From positions 65,348,001 to 65,412,000 of the forward strand of contig OZ024745.1 in assembly GCA_964016885.1 (NCBI GenBank): 64,000 bases of DNA. Direction: 5' to 3'. Below, piece by piece: positions 27,801-41,600 of this stretch. The notes beneath the pieces are model-generated. The model did not search any database. It was not told the origin of the DNA and saw only the letters and a list, made by a program, of their open reading frames with translations. Position 1 is the first letter of the stretch; every line of letters begins with the position of its first letter. The position numbers and the translations under genes are program-made. Source of the stretch: Eledone cirrhosa (lineage: Eukaryota).

Positions 27801-30800
27801 ATGGGTGATCCATTTTTTATTTGGGGGGATCCATTTTTAATTTGGGTGATCCATTTTTTATTTGGGGGATCCATTTTTTATTTGGGTGATCCATATTTTA
27901 TTTGGGGGATCCATTTTTTATTTGGGTGATCCATTTTTTATTTGGGTGATCCATTTTTTAATTGGGTGATCCATTTTTTATTTGGGGGATCCATTGTTTA
28001 TTTGGGTGATCCATTTTTTATTTGGGTGATCCATTTTTTATTTGGGGGATCCATTTTTTATTTGGGGGATCCATTTTTTATTTGGGTGATCCATTTTTTA
28101 TTTGGGTGATCCATTTTTTATTTGGGGGATCCATTTTTTATTTGGGGGATCCATTTTTTATTTGGTTGATCCATTTTTTATTAGGGGGATCCATATTTTT
28201 TTGGGTGATCCATTTTAATTTGGAGATCCATTTTTTGTTTAGGTGATCCATTTTATAATTGGGTGATCCATTTTTTATTTGGGGGATCCATTTTTTATTT
28301 GGGGGATCCATTATTTATTTGGGTGATGCATTTTTTATTTGGGTGATCCATTTTTTATTTGGGTGATCCATTTTTTATTTGGGTGATCCATTTTTTATTT
28401 GGGTGATCCATTTTTTATTTGGGGGATCCATTTTTTATTTGGGTGATCCATTTTTTATTTGGGTGATCCATTTTTTATTTGAGGGATCCATTTTATATTT
28501 GGGTGATCCATTTTTTATATGGGTGATCCATTTTTTATTTGGGGGATCCATTTTTTATTTGGGGGATCCATTTTTTATTTGGGGGATCCATTTTTTATTT
28601 GGGGGATCCATTTTTTATTTCGGGGATCCATTTTTTATTTGGGTGATTCATTTTTTATTTGGGGGATCCATTTTTTATTTGGGTAATCCATTTTTTTTAT
28701 TTGGGGGTCCATTTTTTATTTGGGTGATCCATTTTTTATTTGGATGATCCATTTTTTAATTGGGTGATCCATTTTTATTTGGGTGATCCATTTTTTACTT
28801 GGGGGATGCATTTTTTATTTGGGTGATCCATTTTTTATTTTGCTGATTCATTTTTTATTTGGGTGATCCATTTTTTATTTGGGGGATCCATTTTTTATTT
28901 GGGTGAACCATTTTTTATTTGGGAGATCCATTTTTTATTTGGGTGATCCATTTTTTATTTGGGTGATCCATTTTTTATTTGGGGGATCCATTTTTTATTT
29001 GGGTGATCCATTTTTTATTTGGGTGATCCATTTTTTATTTGGGGGATCCATTTTTTATTTGGGGGATCCATTTTTTATTTGGGTGATCCATTTTTATTTG
29101 GAGATCCATTTTGTATTTGGGTGATCCATTTTTTAATTGGGTGATCCATTTTTTATTTGGGTGATCCATTTTTTATTTGGGTGGTCCATTTTTTATTTGG
29201 GTGATCCATTTTTTATTTGGGGGATCCATTTTTTATTTGGGTGATCCATTTTTTATTTGGGGATCCATTTTTTATTTGGGTGATCCATTTTTTATTTGGG
29301 TGATCCATTTTTTATTTGGGGGATCCATTTTTTATTTGGGTGATCCATTTTTTATTTGGGGGGGTCCATTTTTTATTTGGGGGATCCATTTTTATTTGGG
29401 TGATCCATTTTTTATTTGGGGGATCCATTTTTTATTTGGGTGATCCCTTTTTTATTTGGGGGATCCATTTTTTATTTGGGTGATCCATTTTTTATTTGGG
29501 GGATCCATTTTTTATTTGGGGGATTCATTTTTTATTTGGGTGATCCATTTTTTATTAGGGGGATCCATTTTTTATTTGGGTGATCCATTTTTATTTGGAG
29601 ATCCATTTTTTATTTAGGTGATCCATTTTATAATTGGGTGATCCATTTTTTATTTGGGGGATCCATTTTTTATTTGGGGGATCCATTATTTATTTGGGTG
29701 ATCCATTTTTTATTTGGGTGATCCATTTTTTATTTGGGTGATCCATTTTTTATTTGGGTGATCTATTTTTTATTTGGGTGATCCATTTTTTATTTGGGGG
29801 ATCCATTTTTTATTTGGGTGATCCATTTTTTATTTGGGGGATCCATTTTTTATTTGGGTGATCCATTTTTTATTTGGGGGATCCATTTTTTATTTCGGGG
29901 ATCCATTTTTTATTTGGGTGATTCATTTTTTATTTGGGGGATCCATTTTTTATTTTGGGTGATCCATTTTTTATTAGGGGGATCCATTTTTTATTTGGGT
30001 GATCCATTTTTATTTATAGATACATTTTTTATTTGGGTGATCCATTTTTTAATTGGAAGATCCATTTTTATTTGGGGGATCCATTTTTTATTTGGGGGAT
30101 CCATTATTTATTTGGGTGATCCATTTTTTATTTGGGTGATCCATTTTTTATTCGGGGGATCCATTTTTTATTTGGGTGATCCATTTTTTATTTGGGTGAT
30201 CCATTTTTTAATTGGGGATCCATTTTTTATTTAGTTGATCCATTTTTTAATTGGGTGATACATTTTTTATTTGGGGGATCCATTTTTTATTTGGGGGATC
30301 CATTTTTTATTTGGGGGATCCATTGTTTATTTGGGTGATCCATTTTTTATTTGGGTGATCCATTTTTTATTTGGGGGATCCATTTTGTATTTGGGTGATC
30401 CATTTTTTATTTGGGTGATCCATTTTTTATTTGGGTGATCCATTTTTTATTTGTGGGATCCATTTTTTATTTGGGTGATCCATTTTTTATTTGGGGGATC
30501 CTTTTTTTATTTGGGTGATCCATTTTTTATTTGGGTGATCCATTTTTTATTTGGGGGATCCATTTTTTATTTGGGTGATCCATATTTTATTTGGGTGATC
30601 CATTTTTTATTTGGGTGATCCATTTTTTATTTGGGTGATCCATTTTTTATTTGGGGGATCCATTTTTTATTTGGGGGATCCATTTTTTATTTGGGTGATC
30701 CATTTTTTATATGGGTGATCCATTTTTTATTTGGGGGGATCCATTTTTAATTTGGGTGATCCATTTTTTATTTGGGGGATCCATTTTTTATTTGGGTGAT

Positions 30801-33800
30801 CCATATTTTATTTGGGGGATCCATTTTTTATTTGGGTGATCCATTTTTTATTTGGGTGATCCATTTTTTAATTGGGTGATCCATTTTTTATTTGGGGGAT
30901 CCATTTTTTATTTGGGTGATCCATTTTTTAGTTGGGTGGTCCATTTTTTATTTGGGTGATCCATTTTTTATTTGGGGGATCCATTTTTTATTTGGGTGAT
31001 CCATTTTTTATTTGGGGATCCATTTTTTATTTGGGTGATCCATTTTTTATTTGGGTGATCCATTTTTTATTTGGGGGATCCATTTTTTATTTGGGTGATT
31101 CATTTTTTATTTGGGGGGTCCATTTTTTATTTGGGGGATCCATTTTTATTTGGGTGATCCATTTTTTATTTGGGGGATCCATTTTTTATTTGGGTGATCC
31201 ATTTTTTATTTGGGTTGATCCCTTTTTTATTTGGGGGATCCATTTTTTATTTGGGTGATCCATTTTTTATTTGGGGGATCCATTTTTTATTTGGGTGATC
31301 CATTTTTTATTTGAGGGATCCATTTTATATTTGGGTGATCCATTTTTTATTTGGGGGATCCATTATTTATTTGGGTGATCCATTTTTTATTTGGGTGATC
31401 CATTTTTTATTTGGGTGATCCATTTTTTTTTGGGGTGATCCATTTTTTATTTGGGTGATACATTTTTTATTTGGGGGATCCATTTTTTATTTGGGTGATC
31501 CATTTTTTATTTGGGTGATCCATTTTTTATTTGAGGGATCCATTTTATATTTGGGTGATCCATTTTTTATTTGGGTGATCCATTTTTTATTTGGGGGATC
31601 CATTTTTTATTTGGGGGATCCATTTTTTATTTGGGGGATCCATTTTTTATTTGGGGGATCCATTTTTTATTTCGGGGATCCATTTTTTATTTGGGTGATT
31701 CATTTTTTATTTGGGGGATCCATTTTTTATTTGGGTGATCCATTTTTTTAATTTGGGGGTCCATTTTTTATTTGGGTGATCCATTTTTTATTTGGGTGAT
31801 CCATTTTTTAATTGGGTGATCCATTTTTATTTGGGTGATCCATTTTTTACTTGGGGGATCCATTTTATATTTGGGTGATCCATTTTTTATTTTGCTGATT
31901 CATTTTTTATTTGGGTGATCCATTTTTTATTTGGGGGATCCATTTTTTATTTGGGTGAACCATTTTTTATTTGGGGGATCCATTTTTTATTTGGGTGATC
32001 CATTTTTTATTTGGGTGATCCATTTTTTATTTGGGGGATCCATTTTTTATTTGGGTGATCCATTTTTTATTTGGGTGATCCATTTTTTATTTGGGTGATC
32101 CATTTTTTATTTGGGGGATCCATTTTTTATTTGGGGGATCCATTTTTTATTTGGGTGATCCATTTTTATTTGGAGATCCATTTTGTATTTGGGAGATCCA
32201 TTTTTTAATTGGGTGATCCATTTTTTATTTGGGTGATCCATTTTTTATTTGGGGGATCCATTTTTTATTTGGGTGATCCATTTTTTATTTGGGTGGTCCA
32301 TTTTTTATTTGGGTGATCTATTTTTTATTTGGGGGATCCATTTTTTATTTGGGTGATCCATTTTTTATTTGGGGATCCATTTTTTATTTGGGTGATCCAT
32401 TTTTTATTTGGGTGATCCATTTTTTATTTGGGGGATACATTTTTTATTTGGGTGATCCATTTTTTATTTGGGGGGTCCATTTTTTATTTGGGGGATCCAT
32501 TTTTATTTGGGTGATCCATTTTTTATTTGGGGGATCCATTTTTTATTTGGGTGATCCATTTTTTATTTGGGTGATCCATTTTTTATTTGGGGGATCCATT
32601 TTTTATTTGGGGGATCCATTTTTTATTTGGGTGATCCATTTTTATTTGGAGATCCATTTTGTATTTGGGTGATCCATTTTTTAATTGGGTGATCCATTTT
32701 TTATTTGGGTGATCCATTTTTTATTTGGGGGATCCATTTTTTATTTGGGTGATCCATTTTTTATTTGGGTGGTCCATTTTTTATTTGGGTGATCCATTTT
32801 TTATTTGGGGGATCCATTTTTTATTTGGGTGATCCATTTTTTATTTGGGGATCCATTTTTTATTTGGGTGATCCATTTTTTATTTGGGTGATCCATTTTT
32901 TATTTGGGGGATACATTTTTTATTTGGGTGATCCATTTTTTATTTGGGGGGTCCATTTTTTATTTGGGGGATCCATTTTTTATTTGGGTGATCAATTTTT
33001 TAATTGGGTGATCCATTTTTTATTTGGGGGATCCATTTTTTATTTGGGTGATCCATTTTTTAGTTGGGTGGTCCATTTTTTATTTGGGTGATCCACTTTT
33101 TATTTGGGGGATCCATTTTTTATTTGGGTGATCCATTTTTTATTTGGGGATCCATTTTTTATTTGGGTGATCCATTTTTTATTTGGGTGATCCATTTTTT
33201 ATTTGGGGGATCCATTTTTTATTTGGGTGATCCATTTTTTATTTGGGGATCCATTTTTTATTTGGGTGATCCATTTTTTATTTGGGTGATCCATTTTTTA
33301 TTTGGGGGATCCATTTTTTATTTGTGTGATCCATTTTTTATTTGGGGGTGCATTTTTTATTTGGGGGATCCATTTTTATTTGGGTGATCCATTTTTTATT
33401 TGGGGGATCCATTTTTTATTTGGGTGATCCATTTTTTATTTGGGTTGATCCCTTTTTTATTTGGGGGATCCATTTTTTATTTGGGTGATCCATTTTTTAT
33501 TTGGGGGATCCATTTTTTATTTGGGGGATCCATTTTTTATTTGGTTGATCCATTTTTTATTAGGGGGATCCATTTTTTATTTGGGTGATCCATTTTAATT
33601 TGGAGATCCATTTTTTGTTTAGGTGATCCATTTTATAATTGGGTGATCCATTTTTTATTTGGGGGATCCATTTTTTATTTGGGGGATCCATTATTTATTT
33701 GGGTGATCCATTTTTTATTTGGGTGATCCATTTTTTATTTGGGTGATCCATTTTTTATTTGGGTGATCCATTTTTTATTTGGGTGATCCATTTTTTATTT

Positions 33801-35660
33801 GGGGGATCCATTTTTTATTTGGGTGATCCATTCTTTATTTGGGTGATCCATTTTTTATTTGAGGGATCCATTTTATATTTGGGTGATCCATTTTTTATTT
33901 GGGTGATCCATTTTTTATTTGGGGGATCCATTTTTTATTTGGGGGATCCATTTTTTATTTGGGGGATCCATTTTTTATTTGGGGGATCCATTTTTTATTT
34001 CGGGGATCCATTTTTTATTTGGGTGATTCATTTTTTATTTGGGGGATCCATTTTTTATTTGGGTGATCCATTTTTTTTATTTGGGGGTCCATTTTTTATT
34101 TGGGTGATCCATTTTTTATTTGGATGATCCATTTTTTATTTGGGTGATCCATTTTTTATTTGGGTGATCCATTTTTTATTTTGCTGATTCATTTTTTATT
34201 TGGGTGATCCATTTTTTATTTGGGGGATCCATTTTTTATTTGGGTGAACCATTTTTTATTTGGGAGATCCATTTTTTATTTGGGTGATCCATTTTTTATT
34301 TGGGTGATCCATTTTTTATTTGGGGGATCCATTTTTTATTTGGGTGATCCATTTTTTATTTGGGTGATCCATTTTTTATTTGGGGGATCCATTTTTTATT
34401 TGGGTGAACCATTTTTTATTTGGGAGATCCATTTTTTATTTGGGTGATCCATTTTTTATTTGGGTGATCCATTTTTTATTTGGGGGATCCATTTTTTATT
34501 TGGGTGATCCATTTTTTATTTGGGTGATCCATTTTTTATTTGGGGGATCCATTTTTTATTTGGGGGATCCATTTTTTATTTGGGTGATCCATTTTTATTT
34601 GGAGATCCATTTTGTATTTGGGTGATCCATTTTTTAATTGGGTGATCCATTTTTTATTTGGGTGATCCTTTTTTTATTTGGGTGATCCATTTTTTATTTG
34701 GGTGGTCCATTTTTTATTTGGGTGATCCATTTTTTATTTGGGGGATCCATTTTTTATTTGGGTGATCCATTTTTCATTTGGGGATCCATTTTTTATTTGG
34801 GTGATCCATTTTTTATTTGGGTGATCCATTTTTTATTTGGGGGATACATTTTTTATTTGGGTGATCCATTTTTTATTTGGGGGGGTCCATTTTTTATTTG
34901 GGGGATCCATTTTTATTTGGGTGATCCATTTTTTATTTGGGGGATCCATTTTTTATTTGGGTGATCCCTTTTTTATTTGGGGGATCCATTTTTTATTTGG
35001 GTGATCCATTTTTTATTTGGGGGATCCATTTTTTATTTGGGGGATCCATTATTTATTTGGGTGATGCATTTTTTATTTGGGTGATCCATTTTTTATTTGG
35101 GTTATCCATTTTTTATTTGGGTGATCCATTTTTTATTTGGGTGATCCATTTTTTATTTGGGGGATCCATTTTTTATTTGGGTGATCCATTTTTTATTTGG
35201 GTGATCCATTTTTTATTTGAGGGATCCATTTTATATTTGGGTGATCCATTTTTTATATGGGTGATCCATTTTTTATTTGGGGGATCCATTTTTTATTTGG
35301 GGGATCCATTTTTTATTTGGGGGATCCATTTTTTATTTGGGGGATCCATTTTTTATTTCGGGGATCCATTTTTTATTTGGGTGATTCATTTTTTATTTGG
35401 GGGATCCATTTTTTATTTGGGTAATCCATTTTTTTTATTTGGGGGTCCATTTTTTATTTGGGTGATCCATTTTTTATTTGGATGATCCATTTTTTAATTG
35501 GGTGATCCATTTTTATTTGGGTGATCCATTTTTTACTTGGGGGATGCATTTTTTATTTGGGTGATCCATTTTTTATTTTGCTGATTCATTTTTTATTTGG
35601 GTGATCCATTTTTTATTTGGGGGATCCATTTTTTATTTGGGTGAACCATTTTTTATTTGG
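13045..35660. repeat. Tandem duplication of about 11.0-11.6 kb: about 13045-24075 and about 24075-35660
   Basis: Offset 11029 (13145/24174, 14939/25968, 16512/27541, 17350/28379), then 11584-11585 (18209/29794, 19348/30932, 21816/33400, 23353/34937). Confidence 0.92.
25070..30900. repeat. Tandem duplication of about 2.91 kb; the same pair appears with a 556-bp deletion at about 4360-9650 and about 14040-19320
   Basis: Offsets 2910-2911 (25112/28022, 25968/28879, 26266/29177, 26883/29794). In the earlier copies the offset is 2355 (6187/8542, 15854/18209), which equals 2911-556. Confidence 0.85.
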
Positions 35661-38644
35661 GAGATCCATTTTTTATTTGGGTGATCCATTTTTTATTTGG
35701 GTGATCCATTTTTTATTTGGGGGATCCATTTTTTATTTGGGTGATCCATTTTTTATTTGGGTGATCCATTTTTTATTTGGGGGATCCATTTTTTATTTGG
35801 GGGATCCATTTTTTATTTGGGTGATCCATTTTTATTTGGAGATCCATTTTGTATTTGGGTGATCCATTTTTTAATTGGGTGATCCATTTTTTATTTGGGT
35901 GATCCATTTTTTATTTGGGTGGTCCATTTTTTATTTGGGTGATCCATTTTTTATTTGGGGGATCCATTTTTTATTTGGGTGATCCATTTTTTATTTGGGG
36001 ATCCATTTTTTATTTGGGTGATCCATTTTTTATTTGGGTGATCCATTTTTTATTTGGGGGATCCATTTTTTATTTGGGTGATCCATTTTTTATTTGGGGG
36101 GGTCCATTTTTTATTTGGGGGATCCATTTTTATTTGGGTGATCCATTTTTTATTTGGGGGATCCATTTTTTATTTGGGTGATCCCTTTTTTATTTGGGGG
36201 ATCCATTTTTTATTTGGGTGATCCATTTTTTATTTGGGGGATCCATTTTTTATTTGGGGGATTCATTTTTTATTTGGGTGATCCATTTTTTATTAGGGGG
36301 ATCCATTTTTTATTTGGGGGATCCATTTTTATTTGGAGATCCATTTTTTATTTAGGTGATCCATTTTATAATTGGGTGATCCATTTTTTATTTGGGGGAT
36401 CCATTTTTTATTTGGGGGATCCATTATTTATTTGGGTGATCCATTTTTTATTTGGGTGATCCATTTTTTATTTGGGTGATCCATTTTTTATTTGGGTGAT
36501 CCATTTTTTATTTGGGTGATCCATTTTTTATTTGGGGGATCCATTTTTTATTTGGGTGATCCATTTTTTATTTGGGGGATCCATTTTTTATTTGGGTGAT
36601 CCATTTTTTATTTGGGGGATCCATTTTTTATTTCGGGGATCCATTTTTTATTTGGGTGATTCATTTTTTATTTGGGGGATCCATTTTTTATTTTGGGTGA
36701 TCCATTTTTTATTAGGGGGATCCATTTTTTATTTGGGTGATCCATTTTTATTTGTAGATCCATTTTTTATTTGGGTGATCCATTTTTTAATTGGATGATC
36801 CATTTTTTATTTGGGGGATCCATTTTTTATTTTGGGGATCCATTATTTATTTGGGTGATCCATTTTTTATTTGGGTGATCCATTTTTTATTCGGGGGATC
36901 CATTTTTTATTTGGGTGATCCATTTTTTATTTGGGTGATCCATTTTTTAATTGGGGATCCATTTTTTATTTAGTTGATCCATTTTTTAATTGGGTGATAC
37001 ATTTTTTATTTGGGGGATCCATTTTTTATTTGGGGGATCCATTTTTTATTTGGGGGATCCATTGTTTATTTGGGTGATCCATTTTTTATTTGGGTGATCC
37101 ATTTTTTATTTGGGGGATCCATTTTGTATTTGGGTGATCCATTTTTTATTTGGGTGATCCATTTTTTATTTGGGTGATCCATTTTTTATTTGTGGGATCC
37201 ATTTTTTATTTGGGTGATCCATTTTTTATTTGGGGGATCCTTTTTTATTTGGGTGATCCATTTTTTATTTGGGTGATCCATTTTTTATTTGGGGGATCCA
37301 TTTTTTATCTGGGTGATCCATTTTTTATTTGGGTGATCCATTTTTTATTTGGGGGATCCATTTTTTATTTGGGTGATCCATTTTTTATTTGGGGGATCCA
37401 TTTTTTATTTGGGGGATCCATTTTTTATTTGGGTGATCCATTTTTTATATGGGTGATCCATTTTTTATTTGGGGGGATCCATTTTTAATTTGGGTGATCC
37501 ATTTTTTATTTGGGGGATCCATTTTTTATTTGGGTGATCCATATTTTATTTGGGGGATCCATTTTTTATTTGGGTGATCCATTTTTTATTTGGGTGATCC
37601 ATTTTTTAATTGGGTGATCCATTTTTTATTTGGGGGATCCATTTTTTATTTGGGTGATCCATTTTTTAGTTGGGTGGTCCATTTTTTATTTGGGTGATCC
37701 ATTTTTTATTTGGGGGATCCATTTTTAATTTGGGTGATCCATTTTTTATTTGGGGATCCATTTTTTATTTGGGTGATCCATTTTTTATTTGGGTGATCCA
37801 TTTTTTATTTGGGGGATCCATTTTTTATTTGGGTGATTCATTTTTTATTTGGGGGGTCCATTTTTTATTTGGGGGATCCATTTTTATTTGGGTGATCCAT
37901 TTTTTATTTGGGGGATCCATTTTTTATTTGGGTGATCCATTTTTTATTTGGGTTGATCCCTTTTTTATTTGGGATATCCATTTTTTATTTGGGTGATCCA
38001 TTTTTTATTTGGGGGATCCATTTTTTATTTGGGTGATCCATTTTTTATTTGAGGGATCCATTTTATATTTGGGTGATCCATTTTTTATTTGGGGGATCCA
38101 TTATTTATTTGGGTGATCCATTTTTTATTTGGGTGATCCATTTTTTATTTGGGTGATCCATTTTTTATTTGGGTGATCCATTTTTTATTTGGGTGAAACA
38201 TTTTTTATTTGGGGGATCCATTTTTTATTTGGGTGATCCATTTTTTATTTGGGTGATCCATTTTTTATTTGAGGGATCCATTTTATATTTGGGTGATCCA
38301 TTTTTTATTTGGGTGATCCATTTTTTATTTGGGGGATCCATTTTTTATTTGGGGGATCCATTTTTTATTTGGGGGATCCATTTTTTATTTGGGGGATCCA
38401 TTTTTTATTTCGGGGATCCATTTTTTATTTGGGTGATTCATTTTTTATTTGGGGGATCCATTTTTTATTTGGGTGATCCATTTTTTTAATTTGGGGGTCC
38501 ATTTTTTATTTGGGTGATCCATTTTTTATTTGGGTGATCCATTTTTTAATTGGGTGATCCATTTTTATTTGGGTGATCCATTTTTTACTTGGGGGATCAA
38601 TTTTTTATTTGGGTGATCCATTTTTTATTTTGCTGATTCATTTT

Positions 38645-41600
38645 TTATTTGGGTGATCCATTTTTTATTTGGGGGATCCATTTTTTATTTGGGTGAACCA
38701 TTTTTTATTTGGGGGATCCATTTTTTATTTGGGTGATCCATTTTTTATTTGGGTGATCCATTTTTTATTTGGGGGATCCATTTTTTATTTGGGTGATCCA
38801 TTTTTTATTTGGGTGATCCATTTTTTATTTGGGGGATCCATTTTTTATTTGGGGGATCCATTTTTTATTTGGGTGATCCTTTTTTATTTGGAGATCCATT
38901 TTGTATTTGGGTGATCCATTTTTTAATTGGGTGATCCATTTTTTATTTGGGTGATCCATTTTTTATTTGGGGGATCCATTTTTTATTTGGGTGATCCATT
39001 TTTTATTTGGGTGGTCCATTTTTTATTTGGGTGATCCATTTTTTATTTGGGGGATCCATTTTTTATTTGGGTGATCCATTTTTTATTTGGGGATCCATTT
39101 TTTATTTGGGTGATCCATTTTTTATTTGGGTGATCCATTTTTTATTTGGGGGATACATTTTTTATTTGGGTGATCCATTTTTTATTTGGGGGGTCCATTT
39201 TTTATTTGGGGGATCCATTTTTATTTGGGTGATCCATTTTTTATTTGGGGGATCCATTTTTTATTTGGGTGATCCCTTTTTTATTTGGGGGATCCATTTT
39301 TTATTTGGGTGATCCATTTTTTATTTGGGGGATCCATTTTTTATTTGGGGGATTCATTTTTTATTTGGGTGATCCATTTTTTATTAGGGGGATCCATTTT
39401 TTATTTGGGTGATCCATTTTTTATTTGGGGGATCCATTTTTTATTTGGGTGATCCATTTTTTATTTGGGGATCCATTTTTTATTTGGGTGATCCATTTTT
39501 TATTTGGGTGATCCATTTTTTATTTGGGGGATCCATTTTTTATTTGGGTGATTCATTTTTTATTTGGGGGGTCCATTTTTTATTTGGGGGATCCATTTTT
39601 ATTTGGGTGATCCATTTTTTATTTGGGGGATCCATTTTTTATTTGGGTGATCCATTTTTTATTTGGGTTGATCCCTTTTTTATTTGGGGGATCCATTTTT
39701 TATTTGGGTGATCCATTTTTTATTTGGGGGATCCATTTTTTATTTGGGTGATCCATTTTTTATTTGAGGGATCCATTTTATATTTGGGTGATCCATTTTT
39801 TATTTGGGGGATCCATTATTTATTTGGGTGATCCATTTTTTATTTGGGTGATCCATTTTTTATTTGGGTGATCCATTTTTTTTTTGGGTGATCCATTTTT
39901 TATTTGGGTGATACATTTTTTATTTGGGGGATCCATTTTTTATTTGGGTGATCCATTTTTTATTTGGGTGATCCATTTTTTATTTGAGGGATCCACTTTA
40001 TATTTGGGTGATCCATTTTTTATTTGGGTGATCCATTTTTTATTTGGGGGATCCATTTTTTATTTGGGGGATCCATTTTTTATTTGGGGGATCCATTTTT
40101 TATTTGGGGGATCCATTTTTTATTTCGGGGATCCATTTTTTATTTGGGTGATTCATTTTTTATTTGGGGGATCCATTTTTTATTTGGGTGATCCATTTTT
40201 TTAATTTGGGGGTCCATTTTTTATTTGGGTGATCCATTTTTTATTTGGGTGATCCATTTTTTAATTGGGTGATCCATTTTTATTTGGGTGATCCATTTTT
40301 TACTTGGGGGATCCATTTTATATTTGGGTGATCCATTTTTTATTTTGCTGATTCATTTTTTATTTGGGTGATCCATTTTTTATTTGGGGGATCCATTTTT
40401 TATTTGGGTGAACCATTTTTTATTTGGGGGATCCATTTTTTATTTGGGTGATCCATTTTTTATTTGGGTGATCCATTTTTTATTTGGGGGATCCATTTTT
40501 TATTTGGGTGATCCATTTTTTATTTGGGTGATCCATTTTTTATTTGGGTGATCCATTTTTTATTTGGGGGATCCATTTTTTATTTGGGGGATCCATTTTT
40601 TATTTGGGTGATCCATTTTTATTTGGAGATCCATTTTGTATTTGGGAGATCCATTTTTTAATTGGGTGATCCATTTTTTATTTGGGTGATCCATTTTTTA
40701 TTTGGGGGATCCATTTTTTATTTGGGTGATCCATTTTTTATTTGGGTGGTCCATTTTTTATTTGGGTGATCTATTTTTTATTTGGGGGATCCATTTTTTA
40801 TTTGGGTGATCCATTTTTTATTTGGGGATCCATTTTTTATTTGGGTGATCCATTTTTTATTTGGGTGATCCATTTTTTATTTGGGGGATACATTTTTTAT
40901 TTGGGTGATCCATTTTTTATTTGGGGGGTCCATTTTTTATTTGGGGGATCCATTTTTATTTGGGTGATCCATTTTTTATTTGGGGGATCCATTTTTTATT
41001 TGGGTGATCCATTTTTTATTTGGGTGATCCATTTTTTATTTGGGGGATCCATTTTTTATTTGGGGGATCCATTTTTTATTTGGGTGATCCATTTTTATTT
41101 GGAGATCCATTTTGTATTTGGGTGATCCATTTTTTAATTGGGTGATCCATTTTTTATTTGGGTGATCCATTTTTTATTTGGGGGATCCATTTTTTATTTG
41201 GGTGATCCATTTTTTATTTGGGTGGTCCATTTTTTATTTGGGTGATCCATTTTTTATTTGGGGGATCCATTTTTTATTTGGGTGATCCATTTTTTATTTG
41301 GGGATCCATTTTTTATTTGGGTGATCCATTTTTTATTTGGGTGATCCATTTTTTATTTGGGGGATACATTTTTTATTTGGGTGATCCATTTTTTATTTGG
41401 GGGGTCCATTTTTTATTTGGGGGATCCATTTTTTATTTGGGTGATCAATTTTTTAATTGGGTGATCCATTTTTTATTTGGGGGATCCATTTTTTATTTGG
41501 GTGATCCATTTTTTAGTTGGGTGGTCCATTTTTTATTTGGGTGATCCACTTTTTATTTGGGGGATCCATTTTTTATTTGGGTGATCCATTTTTTATTTGG

